Origin: Candidatus Woesearchaeota archaeon
GTDB taxonomy: Archaea > Nanobdellota > Nanobdellia > Pacearchaeales > UBA284
Assembly (NCBI GenBank): GCA_964354405.1
Contig: CAYGZP010000001.1
Span: forward strand, 382,570 to 406,569
Direction of reading: 5' to 3'
Length of the DNA stretch: 24,000 nucleotides
The first letter of the stretch is position 1. Each line of letters opens with the position of its first letter. The position numbers and the translations under genes are program-made. The notes beneath the pieces were generated by a model, which was given only the letters and a program-made list of their open reading frames with translations, did not search any database and was not told the DNA's origin. Shown one piece after another: positions 15,712 through 24,000 of this stretch.

Positions 15712-17433
15712 CTACAGTTCTCGCTTTTCAATTTTTTCTTTAATTTCTTTTATAAATTTCTCTAGCTTGACTCCGAACTCTGGTTTCTTGCCTCTTGCGC
15801 GCACAGCTAAAGTCCCTTGCTTCTCTTCTTTATCACCTATGACAATTATGTAAGGGATTTTTTGGATTAAATCAGCCTCACGCACTTTATAATCAACTGT
15901 GCTGTCCTTGAAATCAGAGTCAACTCTCAAGCCTTCTTTCTCCAGAGCTTTCACAATTTTTTCAGCTGCTTTCACATTTCTCTCTGTGAATGACAAGACG
16001 CGTACTTGTACTGGAGCAAGCCATATAGGCAGATTACCATTCAAATGCTCAAGCAACACCCCTATAAAGCGCTCTATCGAACCATATATTGCCCTGTGAA
16101 GCATGATTGGCCTCTGTTTTTGATTATTCTCATCAGTATAAGTCAAATCAAACCGCTCTGGCATTGCGAAATCGAGTTGGATTGTAGCGCACTGCCACAT
16201 CCTTCCAAGAGAATCTTTCATTGAGTAATCTATCTTCGGTCCGTAAAATGCGCCAGCTCCTTTGCTCAATTTGAACTTAATCTTGTTTTTCTTCAGAACT
16301 TTTTCCAATATTTTCTCGCCCTTGTCCCACATCTCATCGCTTCCAATCCTTTTCTCAGGCTTCAAGGATAATTCAATGCTTATTTCGAACTTGAATGGTT
16401 TGTAAAGTATATTTATCAATTCTATAACTTTTTCTATCTCGCTTTCGATTTGTTTTTCTGTGCAATAAACATGTGCATCGTCTTGTGTGAATTGAATAAC
16501 TCGGAACAATCCTCCTAAAACTCCGCTAAGCTCTTGTCTATGAACAGTTCCCAGTTCGCCAACCCGCAAAGGCAATTCTTTATAGCTTCTCGGCCGGGTT
16601 TTGTAAACGAGAATGCCTCCTGGACAGTTCATCGGCTTTACTACAAAATCTCTATCTTCATATTTTGTCAAGAAAATACTCTCGCGATACTTTTCCCAGT
16701 GTCCTGAAATCTTCCATAATCGCGAGTCCATGATTTGTGGAGTAGAGATTTCCTGATAGCCCGCTTTCTGATGCTCCTCGCGCCAGAATTTCAAAAGTTC
16801 TTGATAAATTATCCACCCGTTCTTGTGCCAGAACACCATCCCTGGCGCGACTTCATTGAATGAGAATAAATCTAATCTCTGTCCAATGATTCTATGATCA
16901 TTCTCTTTTAGCTTGCTTGTGTCAAGTTGAGTTTTAGAAATCTGGTTCAAAAGTTGTTTGTAATCATATTTTTCTTCCTTTGCCACAATCTTGTTCTTTT
17001 CTTCTGCTTTTCCTTCTGCGCCGAACTGTCGCGAGAGCTCGCTCAATGGATGTCCTTTGCATTTAAGCTCGAATTCTTTATACCATCCAAAAGGCGCTCT
17101 TGTAACAGAAAATTTTTCCTTGATGAGAGCTTTTTCGCCTTCTTCCAAGACTTCCAGCGCGCTCGCCGGCTTTGAAGGTGAGTTAGTTAAATGGACATAA
17201 GGATATAACACTATAGTTTTGCATTTGACTTGTGACGCGATGTCCTTGATATTATTCACAAGTTCCTTTGCTATAGCAGTCTCGTGCCCTTCATCCTGCT
17301 TCTCGACAGCGCTCAAGACAACTAAGCACTCTTTGACAACATGCTCTTTGGCAGCGATGTCTTCAGGCTCCTTGAGTGCTTTCTTGACTGGCTTGAACTT
17401 TATGTAGTCGCAATGCAGAGTCAATATTTTCAT
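15712..17433 (-). CDS. thrS: Threonyl-tRNA synthetase, archaeal type
   Basis: Archaeal-type N-terminal domain (MKILTLHCDYIKFKPVKKALK...), class II motifs (MNCPGGILVYKTRPRSYKELPLRVGELGTVHRQELSGVLGGLFRVIQFTQDDAHVYC, RPIMLHRAIYGSIERFIGVLLEH). Confidence 0.95.
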   Translation of the reverse strand: MKILTLHCDYIKFKPVKKALKEPEDIAAKEHVVKECLVVLSAVEKQDEGHETAIAKELVNNIKDIASQVKCKTIVLYPYVHLTNSPSKPASALEVLEEGEKALIKEKFSVTRAPFGWYKEFELKCKGHPLSELSRQFGAEGKAEEKNKIVAKEEKYDYKQLLNQISKTQLDTSKLKENDHRIIGQRLDLFSFNEVAPGMVFWHKNGWIIYQELLKFWREEHQKAGYQEISTPQIMDSRLWKISGHWEKYRESIFLTKYEDRDFVVKPMNCPGGILVYKTRPRSYKELPLRVGELGTVHRQELSGVLGGLFRVIQFTQDDAHVYCTEKQIESEIEKVIELINILYKPFKFEISIELSLKPEKRIGSDEMWDKGEKILEKVLKKNKIKFKLSKGAGAFYGPKIDYSMKDSLGRMWQCATIQLDFAMPERFDLTYTDENNQKQRPIMLHRAIYGSIERFIGVLLEHLNGNLPIWLAPVQVRVLSFTERNVKAAEKIVKALEKEGLRVDSDFKDSTVDYKVREADLIQKIPYIIVIGDKEEKQGTLAVRARGKKPEFGVKLEKFIKEIKEKIEKREL

Positions 17434-17507
17434 TTTAAACTCCTCTTTACTTAGAACTAAAGATAAAAGAGATTTATAAAATTAACTTATTGTCTCGAGT
17501 TTCCTGC

Positions 17508-18566
17508 TCAATCTTTGAACGAGCCTATTTCGACTTGCCTTTTGCCGCCGTCCATGTCAGTTCCTATCCTCAAGATTCCTTCAGGAATCCTCTGCCACTC
17601 CGAAGGGTCGCCGCCCACGTTTGTATATATAAGATAAGGCACGAATGCTGTGTCAGGAGTATATCTAGTCACTCTTCGGGACGAGCTCGAGTTTCCGTTC
17701 AATATTTTTAACACAGTTTGATAATCTCCCCCCTTATACATCGGACAATTATAAGGATAACATATAGGAAAGTCTGCCAAATCAAACCATTGTTCTTTGT
17801 TTGAAGTTCCTCTCGTGATTAATCTCAACACGACAAAATCTAAATATCTGCTCTGCATATCGCTGATATCTTGCGGGCTCAATCTTTCAAAAGTCAAACC
17901 CGCCGCGCGCCACATATCGCTCCATTCTATTCTCTTGCGATATGCTTCATCAATTTTCCACTCCAAAGGACAATCATCGCTCGCAACCTTAACCCATTCA
18001 TCAATCCCATAAATATTTGGCCCTGCTTGCTCATCCTCGTACTGATTTTGGGTTTGTTCGTCTTGGGCTTGCGATTTTTCTCTTATATCAAAAAACAATT
18101 CTTCTCCAACCACCGATTGCTCTAAGAACTCTATTCCATCAGTTACTTTTCCAAAGACAGGGTCAGCACCATAGGGGTAATTTTCAAATAGCATAATGCA
18201 AGGATGCCCGAATGAATAATAATCTGGGGGGAGTACAAAATCTCCTTTTTTAGGTATTTTAATATTCTCCTGAAATCTCTCTGGATTTCCAAAATTATAT
18301 CTATAATCTGTTCTAAACGCTATTATTTGCGGTTTTTTAATTTCTACTTTAACTCCTTTGTAACATCCATTATTCCACGCAAATATAATTTCTCTAACAA
18401 TTTCTGGAGCTTCTTTTTCTAATAAATCTATTACTGCAGTACCTTTTTTTGTTTTAATTGTTAATTCTTTGTCAACACTAGGATTTAACAAATATTCAAG
18501 GTTTTCACCCCTACTCATTGCAAATCCAAATAATAAAGTAAACAATAATCTTTTAAAATTTCCCAT
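17508..18566 (-). CDS. secreted protein with divergent cyclophilin-like domain
   Basis: N-terminal hydrophobic segment; ELTIKTKKGTAVIDLLEKEAPEIVREIIF...GADPVFGKVTDGIEFLEQSV parallels cyclophilin T-KG-I-L-APktV and H-vFGKVveGmdvvd patterns. Confidence 0.5.
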   Translation of the reverse strand: MGNFKRLLFTLLFGFAMSRGENLEYLLNPSVDKELTIKTKKGTAVIDLLEKEAPEIVREIIFAWNNGCYKGVKVEIKKPQIIAFRTDYRYNFGNPERFQENIKIPKKGDFVLPPDYYSFGHPCIMLFENYPYGADPVFGKVTDGIEFLEQSVVGEELFFDIREKSQAQDEQTQNQYEDEQAGPNIYGIDEWVKVASDDCPLEWKIDEAYRKRIEWSDMWRAAGLTFERLSPQDISDMQSRYLDFVVLRLITRGTSNKEQWFDLADFPICYPYNCPMYKGGDYQTVLKILNGNSSSSRRVTRYTPDTAFVPYLIYTNVGGDPSEWQRIPEGILRIGTDMDGGKRQVEIGSFKD

Positions 18567-18685
18567 GTCATCTCAAGCCCCTACAAATTTATAAACTTTT
18601 ATATTATCGAGTATAATTAAGCACAAGTATATAGAAAAACACACAAAAAACTTTAAATACGATTAACTGTATCTAATTAATATAG

Positions 18686-20827
18686 ATGATAAGTAAAATG
18701 AAAAGCGCGGTTTTGTTTTTGTTTGTGGGTTTGATGGCTGTTTTGTCAATTAATTTGGCTTCTGCCACAATTATATTATCAGATATAAATCCGGTCTATA
18801 ATCTAGGGGATTCAATAAAAATTGATGCAAAAGTCTCTCAAGCTGGCGAGTTCCAGGGATTTTTCAGAATCTCGCTCAAATGCGATGTTACAGAATCACT
18901 GATGTATTTCTCTCCTTTAGAGCTTGAAGGCGAGAGAGTCAAGACAATCTCAATAAATTATCCTGTCACAACAACTGGCGCTTGCCATATAACCGCAATA
19001 TTAGAAGACAATCGCGGCAACGTCATAGAAGAAACCACAACTTCTCTGATTACTTTGAGCAACAAGATTGACATTGAATTGAAACTTAACAAACAAGAAT
19101 TTCCGCCTGAAGATACTTTAACGCTCACTGGCACAGCAACAAAAGAAAATGGACAACTCGCCCAAGGAATAGCAATAATCACTTTTGACAAAGAATACAG
19201 CACCCAAGTCTCAGGAGGCAAGTTCACATTTAATTTAAAACTTGAGCCAGATGTCACGCCAGGGGAAAGAGCAATCAATGTTGTAGTCAAAGATAACAGC
19301 AACAATTCAGGCAATGTCTCAACAACAGCAAAGATTCTCTCGATTCCAACTGCTTTAATCATAGAGACAAACCAAGAGAGTTTCATTCCCGATACATTAT
19401 TAATGATAACTCCTAAGCTTCTAGATCAGGCTTCAGGAATTTTAAAATCAACCGCAACAGTTAAACTTTCAAAACAAGTTTCTGTTCTTAAAACCGAGTT
19501 ATTGCTCGAGGAGCTCGTTGAGAGCGGCAACTCAACTTTCTATAGGATTACAAAATATACCGAGCCTGGAAACTATCTACTCGAGGCTTCTGCAGACAAG
19601 TTCAATGTTAAAAAAACAATTATAGTCGAGCGATATGAAAAGATAAGTGTTGACTTGAAAGACAGTATTCTTTACATCTCGAACATAGGAAATGTTCCAT
19701 TCAAACAGAAAATAGAGGTTGAGTTTCTCATCGAGGGGCAAAGCACCAAGAAGATTATAGATTTGGATTTGGACATCGGCGAGTTCAAGCAGTTCAGGCT
19801 CGAGGCTCCTAAAGGGACTTATGAGATTAAAGTCAACACAGGCAGCGAGATATTAGATTATTCTCAAGTTCCTTTGACTGGATTTGTTATTGCTACTGTG
19901 GAGCTCACTAAATCTCCTCGCTTGGATTTGAAATGGCTCATAGGGATAATTGTTCTTGTGGTTTTGCTGGCCATAGTCTTAATTTTCATAAAACTGCATA
20001 AATCAAAAAAAGTCAAACAAAACATAATCAAAATGGTTGAGGATAATAAGATTGTTTCCCAATCCCCAACAACCGGAGCAACAGGCACAGCGACAAAAAA
20101 ACCAGTTTATCTTGGACGCGCAGACAGTTTTTCATCGAGTGACACAACAACGAAGAAAATTTTTGAAAGACACTCGTCAAAACTTGCAGCAAGTTCAGTA
20201 GTTCCTGCTATAGTCTATGGAACTAAACAAGAGATTACAGCACTGTTCATACATCTTGGGATAAGCAGCTTGAATGACATCAAGAAAAAAGACCCTGTGA
20301 CTTATGCAAAGATTCTTGATGAGTATTTCGCAGGCATAGTGAGCAAGATAAAAGAGCATCAGGGAGTCGCGGATTTATATGGAAATGATTTGATTGTCTT
20401 GTTCAATGTCATTAAACAATATCGCCATGACACTGCAGCGCTAAAAACAGCAGAAGCCATAAAAAAAGTAACTGAGGAGCTTAATGTTGCTCTCGCGCCA
20501 AAAGGAATTTCAGTTGAAATCCGCGCAGGAATCAACACAGGCATGGCAAATGTGAGCTCAATACAGAATGAAACTGTCAAATACACTTCAATAGGCGATA
20601 CAACTTATCTCGCGAAAGCGCTCCAAGCTAAAGCGCTCACTAATGAGATTCTTTTCACCGAGACAATTTATGAGCGCGCGGCAAATGTCATCAAGGCAAA
20701 GAAGATGCAGCCTTACTATCTGAGCGAGCAACAAGCAATCAACATTTACTCGCTCGAGGATACTACTAAAGCCGAGCTTCGCGACAAGAACCAGTGGTAT
20801 ATCAGGCGAGCTCTAGGAAAAGCATAA
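18686..20827 (+). CDS. membrane protein with extracellular beta-domains and a cytoplasmic class III cyclase-homology domain
   Basis: Signal peptide, Ig-like repeats, TM helix (LKWLIGIIVLVVLLAIVLIFI), then ITALFIHLGI...YGNDLIVLFN...VEIRAGINTGMANVSSIQNETVKYTSIGDTTYLAKAL. Confidence 0.7.
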   Translation: MISKMKSAVLFLFVGLMAVLSINLASATIILSDINPVYNLGDSIKIDAKVSQAGEFQGFFRISLKCDVTESLMYFSPLELEGERVKTISINYPVTTTGACHITAILEDNRGNVIEETTTSLITLSNKIDIELKLNKQEFPPEDTLTLTGTATKENGQLAQGIAIITFDKEYSTQVSGGKFTFNLKLEPDVTPGERAINVVVKDNSNNSGNVSTTAKILSIPTALIIETNQESFIPDTLLMITPKLLDQASGILKSTATVKLSKQVSVLKTELLLEELVESGNSTFYRITKYTEPGNYLLEASADKFNVKKTIIVERYEKISVDLKDSILYISNIGNVPFKQKIEVEFLIEGQSTKKIIDLDLDIGEFKQFRLEAPKGTYEIKVNTGSEILDYSQVPLTGFVIATVELTKSPRLDLKWLIGIIVLVVLLAIVLIFIKLHKSKKVKQNIIKMVEDNKIVSQSPTTGATGTATKKPVYLGRADSFSSSDTTTKKIFERHSSKLAASSVVPAIVYGTKQEITALFIHLGISSLNDIKKKDPVTYAKILDEYFAGIVSKIKEHQGVADLYGNDLIVLFNVIKQYRHDTAALKTAEAIKKVTEELNVALAPKGISVEIRAGINTGMANVSSIQNETVKYTSIGDTTYLAKALQAKALTNEILFTETIYERAANVIKAKKMQPYYLSEQQAINIYSLEDTTKAELRDKNQWYIRRALGKA

Positions 20828-20903
20828 AAAGATAGATTAACTAAAATCACTAATCATATTATTATAAAATAAAAAAGAGAACAAATTGAAAGGAGGTAAA
20901 TAA

Positions 20904-21779
20904 ATGGAAAATCAGACTTTTTGGGCTTTTTTAGCCATAACATTTATTGTAGGCTTGACTTTAGGCATAGCAATCTATGGCTCATCGATCACAGGCCGCG
21001 CTTTCTTTGGCTTGTTCCCAGATGATACTGATGATGCAGCACAGTTTGGTTTGGGTAATCAGACAAATTGTATAGACAGCGACGGTGGAATCAACTTGCC
21101 TGTCAAGGGAACTTGCAATGATGATAGTGGGTACAAAACAGATGTTTGCTTGAACACAACTTATTTGAAAGAGTATTTCTGTGTTAATGCAACTTCTTGC
21201 AATTGGCACGTTTACAATTGTGCCCGATTCAATTACACCAGCTGTTACAACGGAGCTTGCACAAGAAACCAGACAACTGCAGCAGGAACATCAGGAACAG
21301 CAGGGGGAGCAACACCTGCAACAGTTCAAGAACAGGAGCAAGCAGCTTTAGGATGCACATATCAGGAAGTTTTGAATATGTTAAATCAGTGTACTATAAC
21401 CATAGCCAGAAATAATTCAAATGCTTCATGTAACAATGTATGCCAACAACAAAACAAAACATGTGTTCAGGCATATTCTTTTGATGAAATTTCAAAAGGG
21501 ACTTTACCTTATCAGTGTAATTGGATAGCAGAAACTGCGACTAATACAATGGTATGTAATTGTTGTTTGCCATCTGGCGAAGGCGTACAAGTTCAAGGAA
21601 CGCCTCGCTCGGGAAAATGTGAATCAAGGGTATTTTTTATGCCATGCACTCAAAGTAGTTGTAGAAATTATTGTGGGGGCAAATGCTATGCTCCGGGCGT
21701 GCAATGCTCAATAGGAGCTTCATGCGACGAAGATGTATGTTTCTGCGAGTGTACTGGTGGCGGAGCAGGATCTGGATAA
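20904..21779 (+). CDS. membrane-anchored or secreted Cys-rich protein
   Basis: N-terminal TM helix; many cysteines in the extracellular part; strong AAGGAGGT Shine-Dalgarno sequence just upstream. Confidence 0.65.
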   Translation: MENQTFWAFLAITFIVGLTLGIAIYGSSITGRAFFGLFPDDTDDAAQFGLGNQTNCIDSDGGINLPVKGTCNDDSGYKTDVCLNTTYLKEYFCVNATSCNWHVYNCARFNYTSCYNGACTRNQTTAAGTSGTAGGATPATVQEQEQAALGCTYQEVLNMLNQCTITIARNNSNASCNNVCQQQNKTCVQAYSFDEISKGTLPYQCNWIAETATNTMVCNCCLPSGEGVQVQGTPRSGKCESRVFFMPCTQSSCRNYCGGKCYAPGVQCSIGASCDEDVCFCECTGGGAGSG

Positions 21780-21841
21780 TTTTTTTCTCTTTTTCTTTAT
21801 TTTTTTAATTCTCTTAGAAGTCGCTATGCTCTTTATGCTCT

Positions 21842-22051
21842 CTACTTCACTTCTTTTATCTGGATGATATTCACTGGGCACACGTCTGCCGCGTCCTTGT
21901 TGCATTTGTATTCTGCGTCGCTGATTGTTGTTTTCTTTGGTTTTGCTTTTCCATCACTTGCCATCACCCAGTTATCAGGGCAAGCCGCAACACACGCGCC
22001 GCATCCAATGCATTTCTCATGCTCCTGAGTTATCTTGAATTTTTTTGTCAT
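21842..22051 (-). CDS. Ferredoxin (4Fe-4S)
   Basis: CIGCGACVAACPDNWV...CNKDAADVCPVNII cluster-binding motif. Confidence 0.9.
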   Translation of the reverse strand: MTKKFKITQEHEKCIGCGACVAACPDNWVMASDGKAKPKKTTISDAEYKCNKDAADVCPVNIIQIKEVK

Positions 22052-22113
22052 TCTTATTGTTATATGTTTAAGATTTAAAAATATTTATGATAAGCCTTGT
22101 TTATCAGGATTTA

Positions 22114-24000
22114 TTATTTATTTCCATTACTAACACCGTTTCCATTAACATCAACTTCTGAAACATCAACGACTTTAGCCAAGTCAGTGACTTTATCATC
22201 CGCTCTCAACTTGATAATTCTCACTCCCTGGGTTGCTCTGCCCATGACTCTCAAATCCTTGCAAGATATTCTGATAACCATTCCTTTTGATGTTGTAATA
22301 ATCCCCGAATCTTTATCATTAACTGACACAGTTGTAATAACTGTTCCAGTCTTGTCCGATACTCTCAAATTGATTACTCCCTTGCAAGCTCTTCCAGTTA
22401 ATCTGTAATCTTCAATCGCGCTTCTCTTTCCATAACCCTTTTCTGTGATAGTAAGAATAGTGCTCTTTGGGTCATCCAAAACTTCAAGCGATACAACCTC
22501 ATCTTTACTATCAAGTTTTATTCCTGTGACCCCATAAGATGCGCGCCCCATTGATCTCACCTCATCGCTGTTGAATCTTATTGCCTGTCCGTCTTTTGTC
22601 ACGAGCAAAACTTCTTGCTTTTCCTTGATTAGTTTTACATCTATGACAATATCGCTGTTGTCTTGAGGCAAGTTGACGACTCTGACTCCAGAAGCTCTTG
22701 GCTTGCTGAGCAATGAAAGATTCATTTTCTTCACTTGCCCTTTCTTTGTGACTATCATCAAAAAGTCTTTGAACTCCTTGACAGCCATGATGCTCTGTAT
22801 TGTTTCATCTTTCAAGCTTACCAAGTTGATTAGGGCTTTTCCCTTGCTGTATTTCTCGGCTCCTGGAACAAGATAAGCTTTCAACCAATAAACTCGTCCT
22901 TTATTTGTAAACAATAACAAGTAATCGTGAGTTGAGCAAGTGATTATCTGTTTTACAAAATCTCCGGTTGCCAAGTCACTTCCTATAACTCCCTTGCCCC
23001 CGCGCTTCTGCTCCTTGTAATCCTTGACATCAATTCTCTTGCAATATCCTTTGTCAGTGATTGTTATGACAACATCTTTCTTGCTCACCAAGTCCTTTTC
23101 CTCAATTTCCGAGATTCTCTGCAAGATTTGTGTTCTTCTCTCATCGCCATATCTTCTTTTTAACTCTGAAACTTCTTTCTTGATGACACTTAATATTTCT
23201 TTTCCACTTGCTAATATTCTCTCGAGCTCTTTTATTAGCTCTTTCAATTTCTTTTCCTCATCTTTGAGTTTGTCTTGCTCCAAGCTTGTCAAGCTGCTGA
23301 GCTTCATATCCAAGATGGCTTGAGCCTGTTTTCCAGTGAGTGAGAACTTCTTTAAAAGTGAATCATAAGCTTCAGTAGTATTCTTGCTTCCTTTGATAAG
23401 TTTGACAACCGCATCGATATCCTTGAGCGCAATCAAGAGTCCCTGGATAATTTCCTCGCGCTCCTGCGCTTTCTTCAAATCAAACTTTGTCCTCTTTGTG
23501 ACAATAATCTCTCGATATTTAACATATTCCTCTATAAAGTTTTTCAAATTGAGCTGTTTAGGATGCCCTTTCACAAGAGCAATCATATTCACATCAAAAT
23601 TATCTTGCAATCTAGTAAACTTGTAAAGCCTGTTAAGAGTGAATTTATAATCCGCTCCTTTTCTTAATTCTATGACAATGCGGACTTTGCCTTTCGCAGA
23701 TTCATCTCGCAAATCCCAAACATCTGGCAACTTTTTCTCCTGGATTAATCTCGCCATGTCCTTGACAAGCTCTGACTTGTTTAACATGTAAGGGATTTCT
23801 GTAACAATGATGCTTGTCTTGCCTTTGTGCTCCTCTGTTGTTGTCTTCGCTCTCAAAACAATTCTGCCTTTGCCTGTCTTGTAAATTTCCAGGAAGTTTG
23901 CATTAGCCTGCCCGCCTGTAGGAAAATCAGGGCCGATTATTATCTCTGACAGTTTTTCTATTGTGATTTCTGGATTGTTAATATAAGTATTAATGGCGTC
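22114..24000 (-). CDS. gyrA: DNA gyrase subunit A, partial (5' end beyond window)
   Basis: The ORF stays open to the window edge (DAINTYINNPEITIEKLSEIIIGPDFPTGGQANANFLEIYKTGKGRIVLRAKTT...). Coiled-coil domain, C-terminal pinwheel blades and GyrA-box-like QKRGGKG. Confidence 0.92.
   Translation of the reverse strand, partial: DAINTYINNPEITIEKLSEIIIGPDFPTGGQANANFLEIYKTGKGRIVLRAKTTTEEHKGKTSIIVTEIPYMLNKSELVKDMARLIQEKKLPDVWDLRDESAKGKVRIVIELRKGADYKFTLNRLYKFTRLQDNFDVNMIALVKGHPKQLNLKNFIEEYVKYREIIVTKRTKFDLKKAQEREEIIQGLLIALKDIDAVVKLIKGSKNTTEAYDSLLKKFSLTGKQAQAILDMKLSSLTSLEQDKLKDEEKKLKELIKELERILASGKEILSVIKKEVSELKRRYGDERRTQILQRISEIEEKDLVSKKDVVITITDKGYCKRIDVKDYKEQKRGGKGVIGSDLATGDFVKQIITCSTHDYLLLFTNKGRVYWLKAYLVPGAEKYSKGKALINLVSLKDETIQSIMAVKEFKDFLMIVTKKGQVKKMNLSLLSKPRASGVRVVNLPQDNSDIVIDVKLIKEKQEVLLVTKDGQAIRFNSDEVRSMGRASYGVTGIKLDSKDEVVSLEVLDDPKSTILTITEKGYGKRSAIEDYRLTGRACKGVINLRVSDKTGTVITTVSVNDKDSGIITTSKGMVIRISCKDLRVMGRATQGVRIIKLRADDKVTDLAKVVDVSEVDVNGNGVSNGNK

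Noticed and set aside
17490-17711. ORF antisense to the thrS/cyclophilin-like boundary
   Set aside because: It lies mostly inside confidently oriented coding sequence on the other strand and shows no family features. The same applies to the antisense ORFs in polB, rps2, thrS, the cyclase-like gene and gyrA.
1-24000. CRISPR array or cas genes
   Set aside because: No regularly spaced repeat-spacer pattern and no Cas-like proteins found by inspection.

Overview
Archaeal chromosome segment, DPANN/Woesearchaeota-like by inference. Support: FEN-1, family-B DNA polymerase, RNase HII, uS2 with an archaeal-style protein context, archaeal-type ThrRS with its own N-terminal domain, and a tRNA with a bulge-helix-bulge intron. 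Standout content: (1) A compact diversity-generating retroelement (DGR) between polB and rnhB. It has a target ORF (6590-7345) with a variable repeat at ~7091-7183, a template repeat at ~7544-7636, and a DGR-type reverse transcriptase (7659-8678). All 19 TR/VR mismatches in 93 aligned nt fall on template adenines; 18 are A->G and 1 is A->T. A 7-bp inverted repeat with a GAA loop lies 8 nt past the VR. (2) A tRNA cluster carrying two LAGLIDADG endonuclease ORFs, both abutting tRNA sequence. One lies between two copies of the 5' exon of a tRNA(CAU) that also has a 29-nt D-arm BHB intron. The other lies, together with a complete tRNA-Thr(CGU), between the apparent 5' and 3' halves of a further tRNA. 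(3) A tRNA with anticodon AGG, unusual for archaea. Remaining regions are housekeeping genes (hsp20-like, fen, polB, rnhB, rps2, thrS, ferredoxin, gyrA fragment), secreted/membrane proteins and a block of small AT-rich hypothetical ORFs. Sub-gene coordinates were counted by hand and may be off by 1-3 nt. The track places the RT start at 7659, whereas my own count gives 7661.
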